DNA of 64,000 bases from Candidatus Peregrinibacteria bacterium (GCA_037143575.1 JBAWYM010000001.1:8327-72326); one strand, 5' to 3'; positions 25,821-34,305 are shown, counted from the stretch's first letter. Notes: a model not told the origin generated them from the sequence alone. A program made the numbers and translations.

Positions 25821-25956
25821 ATGGTGTTCATAACTGGATCTAGGATTCATCGGTGCGAAGACGGGAGCAACACTCCGATAGCCGCGACATCCTAGCAGAG
25901 CCCGGCCCGAGGGGAAGCAAATATCCGGCTCCCTTTCCATCTCACGAATCTCATTC

Positions 25957-25984
25957 TTGACTACACGCAAACCAGTGCTAGATT
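25957..25984 (+). promoter_or_regulatory. Sigma70-like promoter TTGACT-N16-TAGATT
   Basis: Read directly from the sequence. 11 nt upstream of the leader-peptide ATG. Confidence 0.45.
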
Positions 25985-25995
25985 TAATGCAGTCC

Positions 25996-26052
25996 ATGAC
26001 CACCCGGTCCACGATCATCAGCATTATCATTACCACCCCCACCACGGCGTGA
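25996..26052 (+). CDS. Candidate leader peptide MTTRSTIISIIITTPTTA
   Basis: 18 codons, of which 7 are Thr and 5 are Ile. The stop overlaps a segment that can pair with the 5' arm of the downstream terminator. Confidence 0.45.
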   Translation: MTTRSTIISIIITTPTTA

Positions 26053-26087
26053 GGAGATAACTGTTGAACAATTCCTTCCCTTTCTCT

Positions 26088-26108
26088 CCCGCGCCAAGCG
26101 GGTTTTTT
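26088..26108 (+). terminator. Terminator/attenuator hairpin CCCGC-gccaa-GCGGG + T6
   Basis: 5-bp G/C stem and six T, ending 3 nt before ATG 26111. Confidence 0.5.
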
Positions 26109-26110
26109 GT

Positions 26111-26725
26111 ATGAGCCACTCTCCAACCCTTTCTTCAGAACAACCCTTCTCTTCAGCTACCACAGCATCAGACAATACTGATCCGCAACTCGAGCTCGTC
26201 CCAGAAGAGCACGCCGAAACGAACGGTCGCCATAATGGCAAATCATCCTTTGACAGAATCCGACAAATTGGAGATACCGACTGGAGAGGATGTATGACAC
26301 TCATTATCAGCGCAGGCAATGTGGCTGAATTTTCCGCCATTCGAAGAGCAATTGATGAAATCATCAGTGATGAATGCGGGCTCATACACCAGCTTATACA
26401 TGACTCACGCAGAAATCATGCATCTTCCGCGCCATCCATCGTTATCACGATGCCCTATCACCATCAAACACCAAGCAATCCCGACTATAGAATGATGACC
26501 GTGAAATTCGGTCCAAATGGATACAATTTTCAGAGGGCCGAAGCCGGTAGAGATTACGAGGTTGTCGGGAGAAATGACCAGGAATTCGACGAGGAATCGA
26601 CAGGTGAATTCATCAAACATGCCATAAGAATGATCGCGCAGCGCGTTGACCAGACGACTGCTACTACAGCAGCAGCCACGTCAGATACAGCGATGTATCA
26701 GCAGGAATTCTTCGCGAAATCGTGA
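26111..26725 (+). CDS. Hypothetical protein (204 aa)
   Basis: Clean ORF. Shares a local motif (E.S..R.A.D...S.ECGL) with the ORF at 59685. Confidence 0.55.
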   Translation: MSHSPTLSSEQPFSSATTASDNTDPQLELVPEEHAETNGRHNGKSSFDRIRQIGDTDWRGCMTLIISAGNVAEFSAIRRAIDEIISDECGLIHQLIHDSRRNHASSAPSIVITMPYHHQTPSNPDYRMMTVKFGPNGYNFQRAEAGRDYEVVGRNDQEFDEESTGEFIKHAIRMIAQRVDQTTATTAAATSDTAMYQQEFFAKS

Positions 26726-26916
26726 ATACTTAAAACATATTATTTATAGTATGTAAAATTTAGCTTCTAATATCAACGGATTTCGAAACTGATTGTACAA
26801 ATTATTTGTACGATAAACCGTATCCATTTCCTTGCGCTTAGAAGCAGCTATTTTTGTTTATGATAAGCCTAAATGTCATAATTCATGACCATCAATAACG
26901 CCATCGAACACAAAAG

Positions 26917-26947
26917 TTGACACTCTTCATCTGGACAACAATATCAC
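26917..26947 (+). promoter_or_regulatory. Promoter TTGACA-N17-19-(A)ATATCAC
   Basis: Perfect -35 hexamer and a moderate -10. Faces an ORF-less region that ends in a terminator. Confidence 0.45.
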
Positions 26948-26952
26948 GGTGA

Positions 26953-27232
26953 GTACACTCCCGCGCTTCTATGAGTATTCATACCATGATAGGCGTGAAG
27001 CAACATCTTCATCTTGCTTCCACCCCGCTCGTGCTCACGCACGCGCTGCTCATCACCTTCCTTTCTCTCGTGATGGTGATGAGTCTCCCGGTCCTCGGCT
27101 AACGAGGCGGGTCAGGGTGGAAGACTGCAGCCCCGATTGGGTGCCAAACATACAAACGCACATTCAAACGGGTTTCACCGCCTCTCAGGCTTACCAGCCA
27201 GCAGAGGACAGCAGGATTCTTGAATCCTTTTT
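26953..27232 (+). ncRNA. Candidate structured ncRNA (~280 nt) with SRP-RNA helix-8-like motif
   Basis: Bounded by a promoter and an intrinsic terminator. Contains several 7-9-bp hairpins. Positions 27107-27134, CGGGUCAGG-GU-GGAAG-AC-UGCAGCCCCG, parallel the E. coli 4.5S GGUCAGGUCCGGAAGGAAGCAGCC. Confidence 0.4.
27212..27232 (+). terminator. Intrinsic terminator AGGATTC-tt-GAATCCT + T6
   Basis: 7-bp stem with a T-run on the plus strand only. Confidence 0.7.
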
Positions 27233-27244
27233 TGGGAATAGAGA

Positions 27245-27751
27245 TCACTTGCTGCGCTTCAGTTCCTTCAGCTGAGCGGTCGCTACCGTCAAACCCTCTG
27301 CAGAGTTGTCAGAATCTTTCTTCAGTGTGATGATCACATCAGTATACGCCGTCAAATCCTTGGTGGATTCGAAGGTGAGGGAATGACGGACATCGCCGCC
27401 AATGCTCTTCACGTGGCCCACAGAGACCTTTTCGCCTGTCGCAGGATTCTTGAGCCAACCCTCGTAGAACGTCCCTTCCTTCTCCATGATGATATTCATC
27501 TGAAGAGTATGCATGAACTGTCCTTTCTCGAATCGATGAGACTTGGCGAGCCCATTGGCAGGAGTTTCCTTGGTTCCGGTGATGGCGCCGTACGAGAACC
27601 ACACCTCTTTCCCGAAGCGCTCATCCACAATTGCGCCATTGGGACCCTGCAGGCCAATGGCAGGAGGCTTGCCGGCATTATTCTTGCCACCGCAGGCAGT
27701 GAGGAGGGCGAATGAGAAGAGGAGCGGAAGAATGATGTGGAGCTTTTTCAT
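27245..27751 (-). CDS. Lipoprotein with anti-sigma-K (RskA) C-terminal-like domain
   Basis: MKKLHIILPLLFSFALLTAC lipobox. FYEGWLKNP..GEKVSVGHV......LTF.......YTDVIITLK resembles the RskA extracytoplasmic domain pattern. Confidence 0.55.
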   Translation of the reverse strand: MKKLHIILPLLFSFALLTACGGKNNAGKPPAIGLQGPNGAIVDERFGKEVWFSYGAITGTKETPANGLAKSHRFEKGQFMHTLQMNIIMEKEGTFYEGWLKNPATGEKVSVGHVKSIGGDVRHSLTFESTKDLTAYTDVIITLKKDSDNSAEGLTVATAQLKELKRSK

Positions 27752-27778
27752 GGAGTTGGGAGAAAGTGGCGGAAGTCT

Positions 27779-27854
27779 AATGGCAAAAAGGCAAAATGGC
27801 AAAAAGGCAATAGGGTTCGTACTTCTTGCCCTATTGCCATCTTGCCCTATTGCC
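27779..27854. repeat. Inverted short-array pair (TGGCAAAAAGGCAAAA / TTGCCCTATTGCC)
   Basis: GGCAATAGGG...CCCTATTGCC stem with tandem sub-repeats on both arms. Confidence 0.75.
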
Positions 27855-27893
27855 TTCGTAAACACGGTCAAGTTTCAAAAAAAACCTTAACCT

Positions 27894-29996
27894 TTACCAA
27901 AACAGCCCCGGCACCCTCGCGCCCATCTTCTCCCGCTCCGTCTTGGCAATCCTCGCAACCGCAGCAGCCATCACCTGGTACTTCGGCTCATCTGCCGGAT
28001 ACCACTCGCTGAGGATGGTTGTGATCTTCAGGAATTCATCGGTACTAGGAGAAACTGCCACGTAATGGGCATTACGACCGATGGCAGCGAAGAAAAGACG
28101 CAGAACACCATCGAAATCTGCCTTTCGTGTATCCATCTCCGTTTTACCAGCAGAATTGGCAAGTACTTGAACCAATCGGCGCATCGTTCCCAAGTCCGTC
28201 ATCCGTCCATTGCGGTACGCAAGTACGGCATGGGTGTAAGCCGCTTTTTGATCATTTTGAATCAGATCGATATCTGTCAGGAGAGCGAATGCCCGGGCAT
28301 CACTCTGATTCATGTGCGCGGCAACAGTCGCAACCTTCAAGGCTTCGGTGTAGCGCTTCTGTTGATAGAGCAGCTGCGCCTCAGTGAGATACAGATCCCG
28401 CGGATACCACTCACCCCGAGACTTCTCAAACCAGCGGATGGCAGTGGGAATGTCATTGCGCGCTAATGCACGGCGTCCGAGGGAGGAAGTAACAATATAC
28501 GGAACTTCCCGTAAAGCGATGAATAGTAATAATGTCGCAAGAAGAAGCTCTGATATCCGAACACATTTGTTGATCGTCATAGAAGAATTCCCCTGGGCTT
28601 TCGCTGGAACGAGGAACCCTAGGAAGAGCATGAACGGCAGAATAATACCGACGAACTGGAGATTATAGTCCACGAGATTGTGGGCGAGGACGCCCGTCAC
28701 CGCGGTGAAGAGGAATAAAGCAAGGGGCAGAGCAGCCTCGGTACCACGAGCTTCTCCGGTGAAATTCGGACCATGGGCTTCCGAGCCCATGAATCTCCGT
28801 TCCAACCGCAACCACCGTGTCTTGTCAGTAGAAGACCACAGATCTGACAACCGATTCCTCGTCTGAGAAAGAATCTCTCGAACATGAATATGGGGAACGA
28901 GAATCAGACATAGGACAATAAACAGCAACCCCGCCGCTGGCCAGCCGCTGTCCATCGCCGCTTTGAGGAACACATTATGTGCATGATCCGAAGTCGCAAG
29001 CACACCCTGCGCAGCCCGAGGTTGGACGAAGCGAAAGCTCCCCAGCCCCCACCCAAGGATCGGCTTCTCATTGGCGAAAGCAAAAGCCTGCTTCCAGAAT
29101 TGCATCCGCTCGGTGATCGATGTCGTCCCTTCGTCTGCCAAAAAGAGCGCCTTCTCGGCGAGCGACTGCACGGGATACTGCGTCGCCCTCCACACATTCG
29201 CCGCGCCATACACCGAGACCGCTATGGCCATACTCGTCACGATCACGACGATCCCGCGCCGAAGTCCTCGGTTATACACGAATCCCCACACCAGAAGCAC
29301 AGCACACTGCCCAACGAACGCAATGATGGAAGCACGGGAGTAGCTCAAAAGAAGGGTGCCGAAGACGACGCCGAGAGGAGCAGAGCGAAATATCAGACGT
29401 AAGAATTGCCGAAACTTGCCTCCATTGCCCGGATTCTTCAGAAGCAAATACAGCAGAACCGGCCAACTGAGGAGCACGAGCTCCGCCCAGGCATTGGGCC
29501 AGTAATCTCCCTGGAAGCGGAAATCGAAGAACGTCCCGACGAAGCGATTGGCGGGCTGCAGGGCATAGACCGCGATGCCTGCCAGAGAAGCAATCAATAC
29601 AGCCACGGAGAACACGCGCAAAATCATCGTCCGGACCCGCGCCTCCAGAGGAAGACGCGCAGCCCAGAGCAGCAGCAGGGAAAGTGATGCAGTGCGAAGC
29701 AGCTCATCGAGTCCGTAGTTGCGAACCGAAGAAAAGTACCAACTGAGCCCCGTCCATGTGACATACAGCATGATCGTTCCCCAGAGCAGCACACTCACCC
29801 GCCGCTCCCCTTCCCGGGGATAGAGGAACGCAATGAAGACCACGAGCCACATGACGAAGACGAGCGCCCACGTACTCTCCAACGTCTTGCCGCCCTTCCA
29901 GAGGACAGAGAGGAAGACGAGCATGAGGAGTGAAAAGGGCGCAAGCCACTGGAAAAACTTTCCGGTGCGGGAAGTAGGACGTGAAGAAGAATTCAT
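27894..29996 (-). CDS. O-antigen-ligase-like (Wzy_C) polytopic membrane protein with C-terminal TPR-like repeats
   Basis: About 12 hydrophobic helices with a YSRASIIAF-type loop. The C-terminal ~220 aa is helical-repeat-like (YQQKRYTEALK...). Confidence 0.6.
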   Translation of the reverse strand: MNSSSRPTSRTGKFFQWLAPFSLLMLVFLSVLWKGGKTLESTWALVFVMWLVVFIAFLYPREGERRVSVLLWGTIMLYVTWTGLSWYFSSVRNYGLDELLRTASLSLLLLWAARLPLEARVRTMILRVFSVAVLIASLAGIAVYALQPANRFVGTFFDFRFQGDYWPNAWAELVLLSWPVLLYLLLKNPGNGGKFRQFLRLIFRSAPLGVVFGTLLLSYSRASIIAFVGQCAVLLVWGFVYNRGLRRGIVVIVTSMAIAVSVYGAANVWRATQYPVQSLAEKALFLADEGTTSITERMQFWKQAFAFANEKPILGWGLGSFRFVQPRAAQGVLATSDHAHNVFLKAAMDSGWPAAGLLFIVLCLILVPHIHVREILSQTRNRLSDLWSSTDKTRWLRLERRFMGSEAHGPNFTGEARGTEAALPLALFLFTAVTGVLAHNLVDYNLQFVGIILPFMLFLGFLVPAKAQGNSSMTINKCVRISELLLATLLLFIALREVPYIVTSSLGRRALARNDIPTAIRWFEKSRGEWYPRDLYLTEAQLLYQQKRYTEALKVATVAAHMNQSDARAFALLTDIDLIQNDQKAAYTHAVLAYRNGRMTDLGTMRRLVQVLANSAGKTEMDTRKADFDGVLRLFFAAIGRNAHYVAVSPSTDEFLKITTILSEWYPADEPKYQVMAAAVARIAKTEREKMGARVPGLFW

Positions 29997-30057
29997 CCGG
30001 AACAGTATGACAGAAAAATACTCGCAAGTGATACATCCAAAGGGGAATCAGGCAGTA

Positions 30058-30789
30058 TCACTCCGGCAGGAAACGGATACTCGCCATGATCGGTCCATCA
30101 TACCCACCCTCCGTGCTCCCATCGGGCATCAAGATCGGAGTGGAACCAGACCACTTGTACCCGCCACCCGTTTTGCTCCCAAGAGGACTGAACAGAGCGA
30201 CATTCGATATGCGATCCCAGGAAATGGACTCACCGCACTGGAAATCAGGCGCATCGGTGGGAGGATGCTTCGATTGGAGAAACACATGCGTGATCCCGGG
30301 CTCACTGCTTTGCTCTGTAATCACACAATCGTACGGAAAGACATGATCAATAAACGTCTTGAGTTCTGTCTGATTATGAACACGCGCTGCATAAATGGTT
30401 GCAACGGCAGACTTCGAAGTATGATCATCGGAAATGGTTCTGCAAAGATCGCTGAAATACGGATCTTGCAGGAATTCGATGGAGTATGCGTTTTCGCGAA
30501 CCTTCACCGAGATCGTGTTGTTGCAAGCATTGATGAACGATGATGGATAGCGGAATGCGATGCCCAGTTTCTGCGTGGTGTAGCTCGTATCTAATGCCTG
30601 CAGCAAAGGAAGTACGGCAAACGTAGATGAACTTGCTCCACTCACTGGCTCGAAGGATGGAACGGATGAAGTGACGATCGGGACTGCCGGAAAACTCGAT
30701 GAAGCGTTAAAATTCCCGTTCACGAAGTTCTGCGCAGCGCAGGATGTCAGGAGGAGAAGGCAAATCGGAAGGAAAAGGTGATAACGCAT
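30058..30789 (-). CDS. Predicted lipoprotein (hypothetical)
   Basis: ATG at 30789 gives MRYHLFLPICLLLLTSC (lipobox). Confidence 0.55.
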   Translation of the reverse strand: MRYHLFLPICLLLLTSCAAQNFVNGNFNASSSFPAVPIVTSSVPSFEPVSGASSSTFAVLPLLQALDTSYTTQKLGIAFRYPSSFINACNNTISVKVRENAYSIEFLQDPYFSDLCRTISDDHTSKSAVATIYAARVHNQTELKTFIDHVFPYDCVITEQSSEPGITHVFLQSKHPPTDAPDFQCGESISWDRISNVALFSPLGSKTGGGYKWSGSTPILMPDGSTEGGYDGPIMASIRFLPE

Positions 30790-30847
30790 GGCAGATGGCT
30801 TGAGAAAGAGATAGAGGAATCTGGTCACCGCTGATATTCTATAGGAG

Positions 30848-32524
30848 ATGTCTTCTGTTTGTCTCCAGTGTGGATCGGCTTTCGACATATCCAAGGATGA
30901 TCTCGACTTCTACACTCTTGTCTCACCGGTGTTTCTAGGGAAGAAAGAACTGATCCCGCCGCCCACCCTCTGCCCACGCTGCCGCCTCCAGCGCAGACTC
31001 GCTTTCCGCAATCAGATCTTCGTCTACCAGCGACCATCGTCCATCACCGGCAAAACCGTCTTCTCCCGCTTCACTCCTGATGTCCCCTTCCCTGTGGTGG
31101 AGAATGACTGGTGGTACGGCAATGCTTGGGATGCGACGTCGCTGGGACGAGACTTCGACGACCATTATTCTTTCTTCGAACAATTCCTCACGCTGCGAAA
31201 CGTCGTCCCGCACCGTACCCTCTCCCTCCATCAGGCCGAGAACTGCGACTACTGCAACAATGCGACAGGGATCAAGAACTGCTACCTCACCTTCAATACC
31301 AACGCCGCGGAAGATTGCCTCTACTGCGAGAACTGTACCAAGGCGAAGGACTGCATCGACTGCACGTACTGTCCCGCTTCGGAGCTCTGCTATGACTGTG
31401 TCCGATCGGAGCGGTGCTACAGACTCCACAGCAGCTCCTTCTGTGAGGACTGCAGTGACAGTGCTTTCCTGACGTTTTGCTATTCCTGCAAAGACTGCTT
31501 CGGGTGCATCAACCTTTCGCACAGACAATTCTGCGTCTTCAACGAACAGAAGACCGAAGAGGAGTACCGGACATTTCTGCTATCATTCGATGCCTCATCC
31601 TGGCAAGCACGAGAAGCGATGATAAGCCGATGCACAGAACTCTGGAAAACCCATCCGCGTCCCTCCAGCATCATCCACAATACGGAAGCCGCCGAAGGGA
31701 ACCACATCCTCAATTCCAAGAACGTCTCGGGGAGCTTCTTCATCGAAGACTGTGAAGACGTGAAAAACTGCTTCAGCCTCTACGGACCCGTGAAGACCAG
31801 TCAGGACTTCTCCTTTTTCGGCAAAGACAGCGAACTCCTCTACGAAGCCGCTCAGTGCGGCATCGGTGATAGCGCCGTCGTCCTCTCCTTCGACTGCTGG
31901 GGCAATAATAGTAACCTCCTCTACTGCTGGATGTGCGAGGGATGCCACGACTGCTTCGGCTGCGTGGGGCTCCAGAAGAAACAGTTCTGTGTCCTCAACA
32001 AGCAGTATTCCAAAGATGAGTATCACGCCCTCGTCCCGAAGATTATTGAGCACATGCGGCAGACGAAGGAGTTCGGCGAATTCTTCCCGATGACGCTCTC
32101 GCCTATTCCCTACAACCACTCTGTCGCACAGCGCTATTTCCCGCAGACACCGGATACCACCCGCCAACAAGGTTGTGTTTGGTATGAGCAGAACACGGAG
32201 AATGTAAAACAAGCAATTGAATCATCCTCGCTACCCGACGGAGTTCCGACATCTGATGATGCCATCGTTGTGAAGAGCCTCAAAAGTGGCCGCCCCTTTC
32301 GCATCACCACGCAGGAGATCAAGCGTTATCGTCAAATGCAGGTACCTTTACCACGATGGACCTACGACGAACGCATGGAGGACCGCATCGCGATGCTCGG
32401 AGGGATCACGCTCCATGAGCGAACGTGCGATAAGACGAAGAAGCCCATGCTCACCACGTATTTACCTGATACCGAATTCCCCGTGTGGGAACGGGAGATC
32501 TATAACAGGGAGCTTCGGGGGTAG
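30848..32524 (+). CDS. Cysteine-rich protein with N-terminal zinc-ribbon and two internal C-x2-C-rich repeat blocks
   Basis: CLQCG...CPRCR at the N-terminus. Two similar blocks are dense in NC.YC, DC..C and CF.C patterns. No family named with confidence. Confidence 0.6.
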   Translation: MSSVCLQCGSAFDISKDDLDFYTLVSPVFLGKKELIPPPTLCPRCRLQRRLAFRNQIFVYQRPSSITGKTVFSRFTPDVPFPVVENDWWYGNAWDATSLGRDFDDHYSFFEQFLTLRNVVPHRTLSLHQAENCDYCNNATGIKNCYLTFNTNAAEDCLYCENCTKAKDCIDCTYCPASELCYDCVRSERCYRLHSSSFCEDCSDSAFLTFCYSCKDCFGCINLSHRQFCVFNEQKTEEEYRTFLLSFDASSWQAREAMISRCTELWKTHPRPSSIIHNTEAAEGNHILNSKNVSGSFFIEDCEDVKNCFSLYGPVKTSQDFSFFGKDSELLYEAAQCGIGDSAVVLSFDCWGNNSNLLYCWMCEGCHDCFGCVGLQKKQFCVLNKQYSKDEYHALVPKIIEHMRQTKEFGEFFPMTLSPIPYNHSVAQRYFPQTPDTTRQQGCVWYEQNTENVKQAIESSSLPDGVPTSDDAIVVKSLKSGRPFRITTQEIKRYRQMQVPLPRWTYDERMEDRIAMLGGITLHERTCDKTKKPMLTTYLPDTEFPVWEREIYNRELRG

Positions 32525-32588
32525 AAAGAAAATCGACATGTTCCTTCTTTGCCGCTTCTCTCGCGTGTCAGGTCTTGCTACAGTGTCA

Positions 32589-32666
32589 ATGTGCCGACGT
32601 GTCCCTCGACCCCGCCTGCACTGAGCGTAGTCGAAGTGCTCGGGATGACATGGAATTGGTAGACGC
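32589..32666 (+). pseudogene. tRNA-Leu 5' fragment interrupted by a palindromic element
   Basis: ATGTGCCGACGTG and GGAATTGGTAGACGC match the real tRNA-Leu (32738-32768) but are split by a 51-nt REP-like insert. They are followed by CCTTCGGTTCGCTCAGGATAAAC. Confidence 0.7.
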
Positions 32667-32741
32667 CCTTCGGTTCGCTCAGGATAAACTGCGCTAGCTC
32701 ATTATAGTTCATCGCTGTTGATACTTCAGAATAGGCCATGT

Positions 32742-32828
32742 GCCGACGTGGCGGAATTGGTAGACGCGCACGCTTCAGGAGCGTGTGAGAGCAATCTCTT
32801 GAGAGTTCGATTCTCTCCGTCGGCACCA
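32742..32828 (+). tRNA. tRNA-Leu (anticodon CAG), long variable arm, CCA encoded
   Basis: Hand-folded: acceptor GCCGACG/CGTCGGC, anticodon stem CACGC/GCGTG with loop TTCAGGA, T arm GAGAG-TTCGATT-CTCTC. Confidence 0.9.
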
Positions 32829-32914
32829 TCCGGCTTCGTCCCGTGCGCGGGACTGCGCCGAGATTGAACATAGTCATCACCAAAGCCACGGCGTAGCTCG
32901 CAAGCGAAGCTGGG

Positions 32915-32930
32915 CTCTCCGTCGGCACCA
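32915..32930 (+). pseudogene. Duplicate of the last 16 nt of tRNA-Leu
   Basis: CTCTCCGTCGGCACCA is repeated about 100 bp downstream of the gene. Confidence 0.7.
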
Positions 32931-32951
32931 CACTTCGCGCAGCGATGTGTG

Positions 32952-32996
32952 CCCCGCGAAGCCCTACGGAACGAAGTGGAGTGGGGCGAAGTGGGG
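32952..32996. repeat. CCCCGCGAAGC...CGAAGTGGGG family element
   Basis: Same family as the in-frame copies inside purQ. Confidence 0.7.
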
Positions 32997-33077
32997 CATT
33001 TATAACTCAAGCTGCGCTCCGCGTGGCACAGCCACTAACTCAACGGCTGTGCTTCTTTGTATATAAGCGTTTTACGT

Positions 33078-33106
33078 GCCACGTGCCGCGCAGCGGTTAT
33101 ACGTGG
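33078..33106 (-). repeat. Orphan copy of the tRNA 3'-trailer hairpin
   Basis: GCCACGTGCCGCGCAGCGGTTATACGTGG with no adjacent tRNA. Confidence 0.75.
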
Positions 33107-33161
33107 CTTCAGCGGATCTAACAAACAAAAATCGTAGCACAGCCATTAGCATCCTACAGCA

Positions 33162-33485
33162 CTACCTCACCTTGCTCCCCGCCGGAATGTCCTTCTCTGG
33201 ATGGAGAAGTATCGGATGACCGTCGACGTCCGCAGCGATAATCATTCCATGGCTCTGGTAGCCCCTGAACATGCGAGGTTCGATATTCATGAGGATCGGC
33301 ATCTCTTTGCCGACGAGCATGGAAGGATCGATGAAGAACTCCGCCATCCCCGCTATGATCTGCCTCTCTTCACTCCCCACATCGAAGACAAACTTCAGCA
33401 GCTTGTCGGCATCGGGAACCTTCTCGACGGATGTCACTTTGCCGATGCGAATGTCGAGTTTCTTGAAATCTTCAAAGGTGATCAT
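33162..33485 (-). CDS. tRNA-binding domain protein (CsaA/EMAP-like)
   Basis: 107 aa. KLDIRIGKVTSVEKVPDADKLLKFVFDVGSEERQIIAGM matches the OB-fold tRNA-binding domain pattern. Confidence 0.8.
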   Translation of the reverse strand: MITFEDFKKLDIRIGKVTSVEKVPDADKLLKFVFDVGSEERQIIAGMAEFFIDPSMLVGKEMPILMNIEPRMFRGYQSHGMIIAADVDGHPILLHPEKDIPAGSKVR

Positions 33486-34305
33486 GGCTTGAAGAGGAAA
33501 AGAGAAATTCTGGTATTTCAACAGCCGGAAGGATGATGGATGCCCGCATTGCACGGCATATCTCCGCGATTTTCTGAACGTTTGGAATCTCTTTCACAAT
33601 TCTGCTCGCCACGATCACGCCATCGGCTCCGGCTTGAGTCACGGCACGCACCTGCTCGGGAGTATTGATACCGAATCCGACGATCAGCGGCAGTGAGCTG
33701 TATTTACGTGCCCGTCTGATCGTCTCACGGATCTTTTCTCCAAACACCACATCGGTGATGCCTGTCACACCGAGATATGAAACGATGTAGAGGTATCCTT
33801 CGGCGATTTCGGCGATCTTCTCCATCCGCTCGTCGGTGGTGACTTCGCTTACCAGAAAAACCGGAGCAATCCTATGGGACTTCGCAATCGGCACGACTTC
33901 CTGCGCATGTTCAAGCGGCAGATCCGCAACGAGAACGGAATTGACTCCACACTCTCGGCAATCCTGATAAAACTTTTCGATTCCCCTCTGGAGGATAAGG
34001 TTGAAGTAAATCAGGAGACCGATCGGAATCGTGGTGAAAGCGCGGACTTCCCGGAGGATTCCGAAACAATCATCGACGGTGATCCCTGCTTTGAGTGCAC
34101 GGGTATCCGCGACCTGAATCACGGGACCGTCGGCGGGCGGATCACTGAAGGGAAACCCGAGTTCCAGTGCATCGGCGCCGCTCTCGACGAGCGTGCGAAT
34201 CATCTGAACAGACAGCTTCCGATCGGGATCACCGAGGACGACGAACGGAACGAACAGAGGTTTCCCTTTCCGCAGGAGTGCTAATTGATAGGGATTAGAG
34301 TTCAT
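33472..34305 (-). CDS. trpA: Tryptophan synthase alpha chain
   Basis: [18 protein letters not shown] motif. Follows trpB with a short overlap. Confidence 0.9.
   Translation of the reverse strand: MNSNPYQLALLRKGKPLFVPFVVLGDPDRKLSVQMIRTLVESGADALELGFPFSDPPADGPVIQVADTRALKAGITVDDCFGILREVRAFTTIPIGLLIYFNLILQRGIEKFYQDCRECGVNSVLVADLPLEHAQEVVPIAKSHRIAPVFLVSEVTTDERMEKIAEIAEGYLYIVSYLGVTGITDVVFGEKIRETIRRARKYSSLPLIVGFGINTPEQVRAVTQAGADGVIVASRIVKEIPNVQKIAEICRAMRASIILPAVEIPEFLFSSSSHDHL

Noticed and set aside
24430-27245. A genomic island or prophage remnant integrated at tRNA-Pro. The cues were A/T-richer unknown genes, the duplicated tRNA 3' end and an A/T-rich spacer.
   Set aside because: No integrase, transposase or phage gene is visible. 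The duplicated att-like blocks are only about 125 bp apart. I did not compute base composition. The scar is kept as a finding, but not as a mobile-element call.
26949-27275. A 108-aa plus-strand ORF in the A/T-rich gap after gene 26111-26725.
   Set aside because: Its composition is implausible, it runs straight through a strong intrinsic terminator, and it overlaps the end of the minus-strand lipoprotein gene. The interval is better explained as a non-coding RNA.
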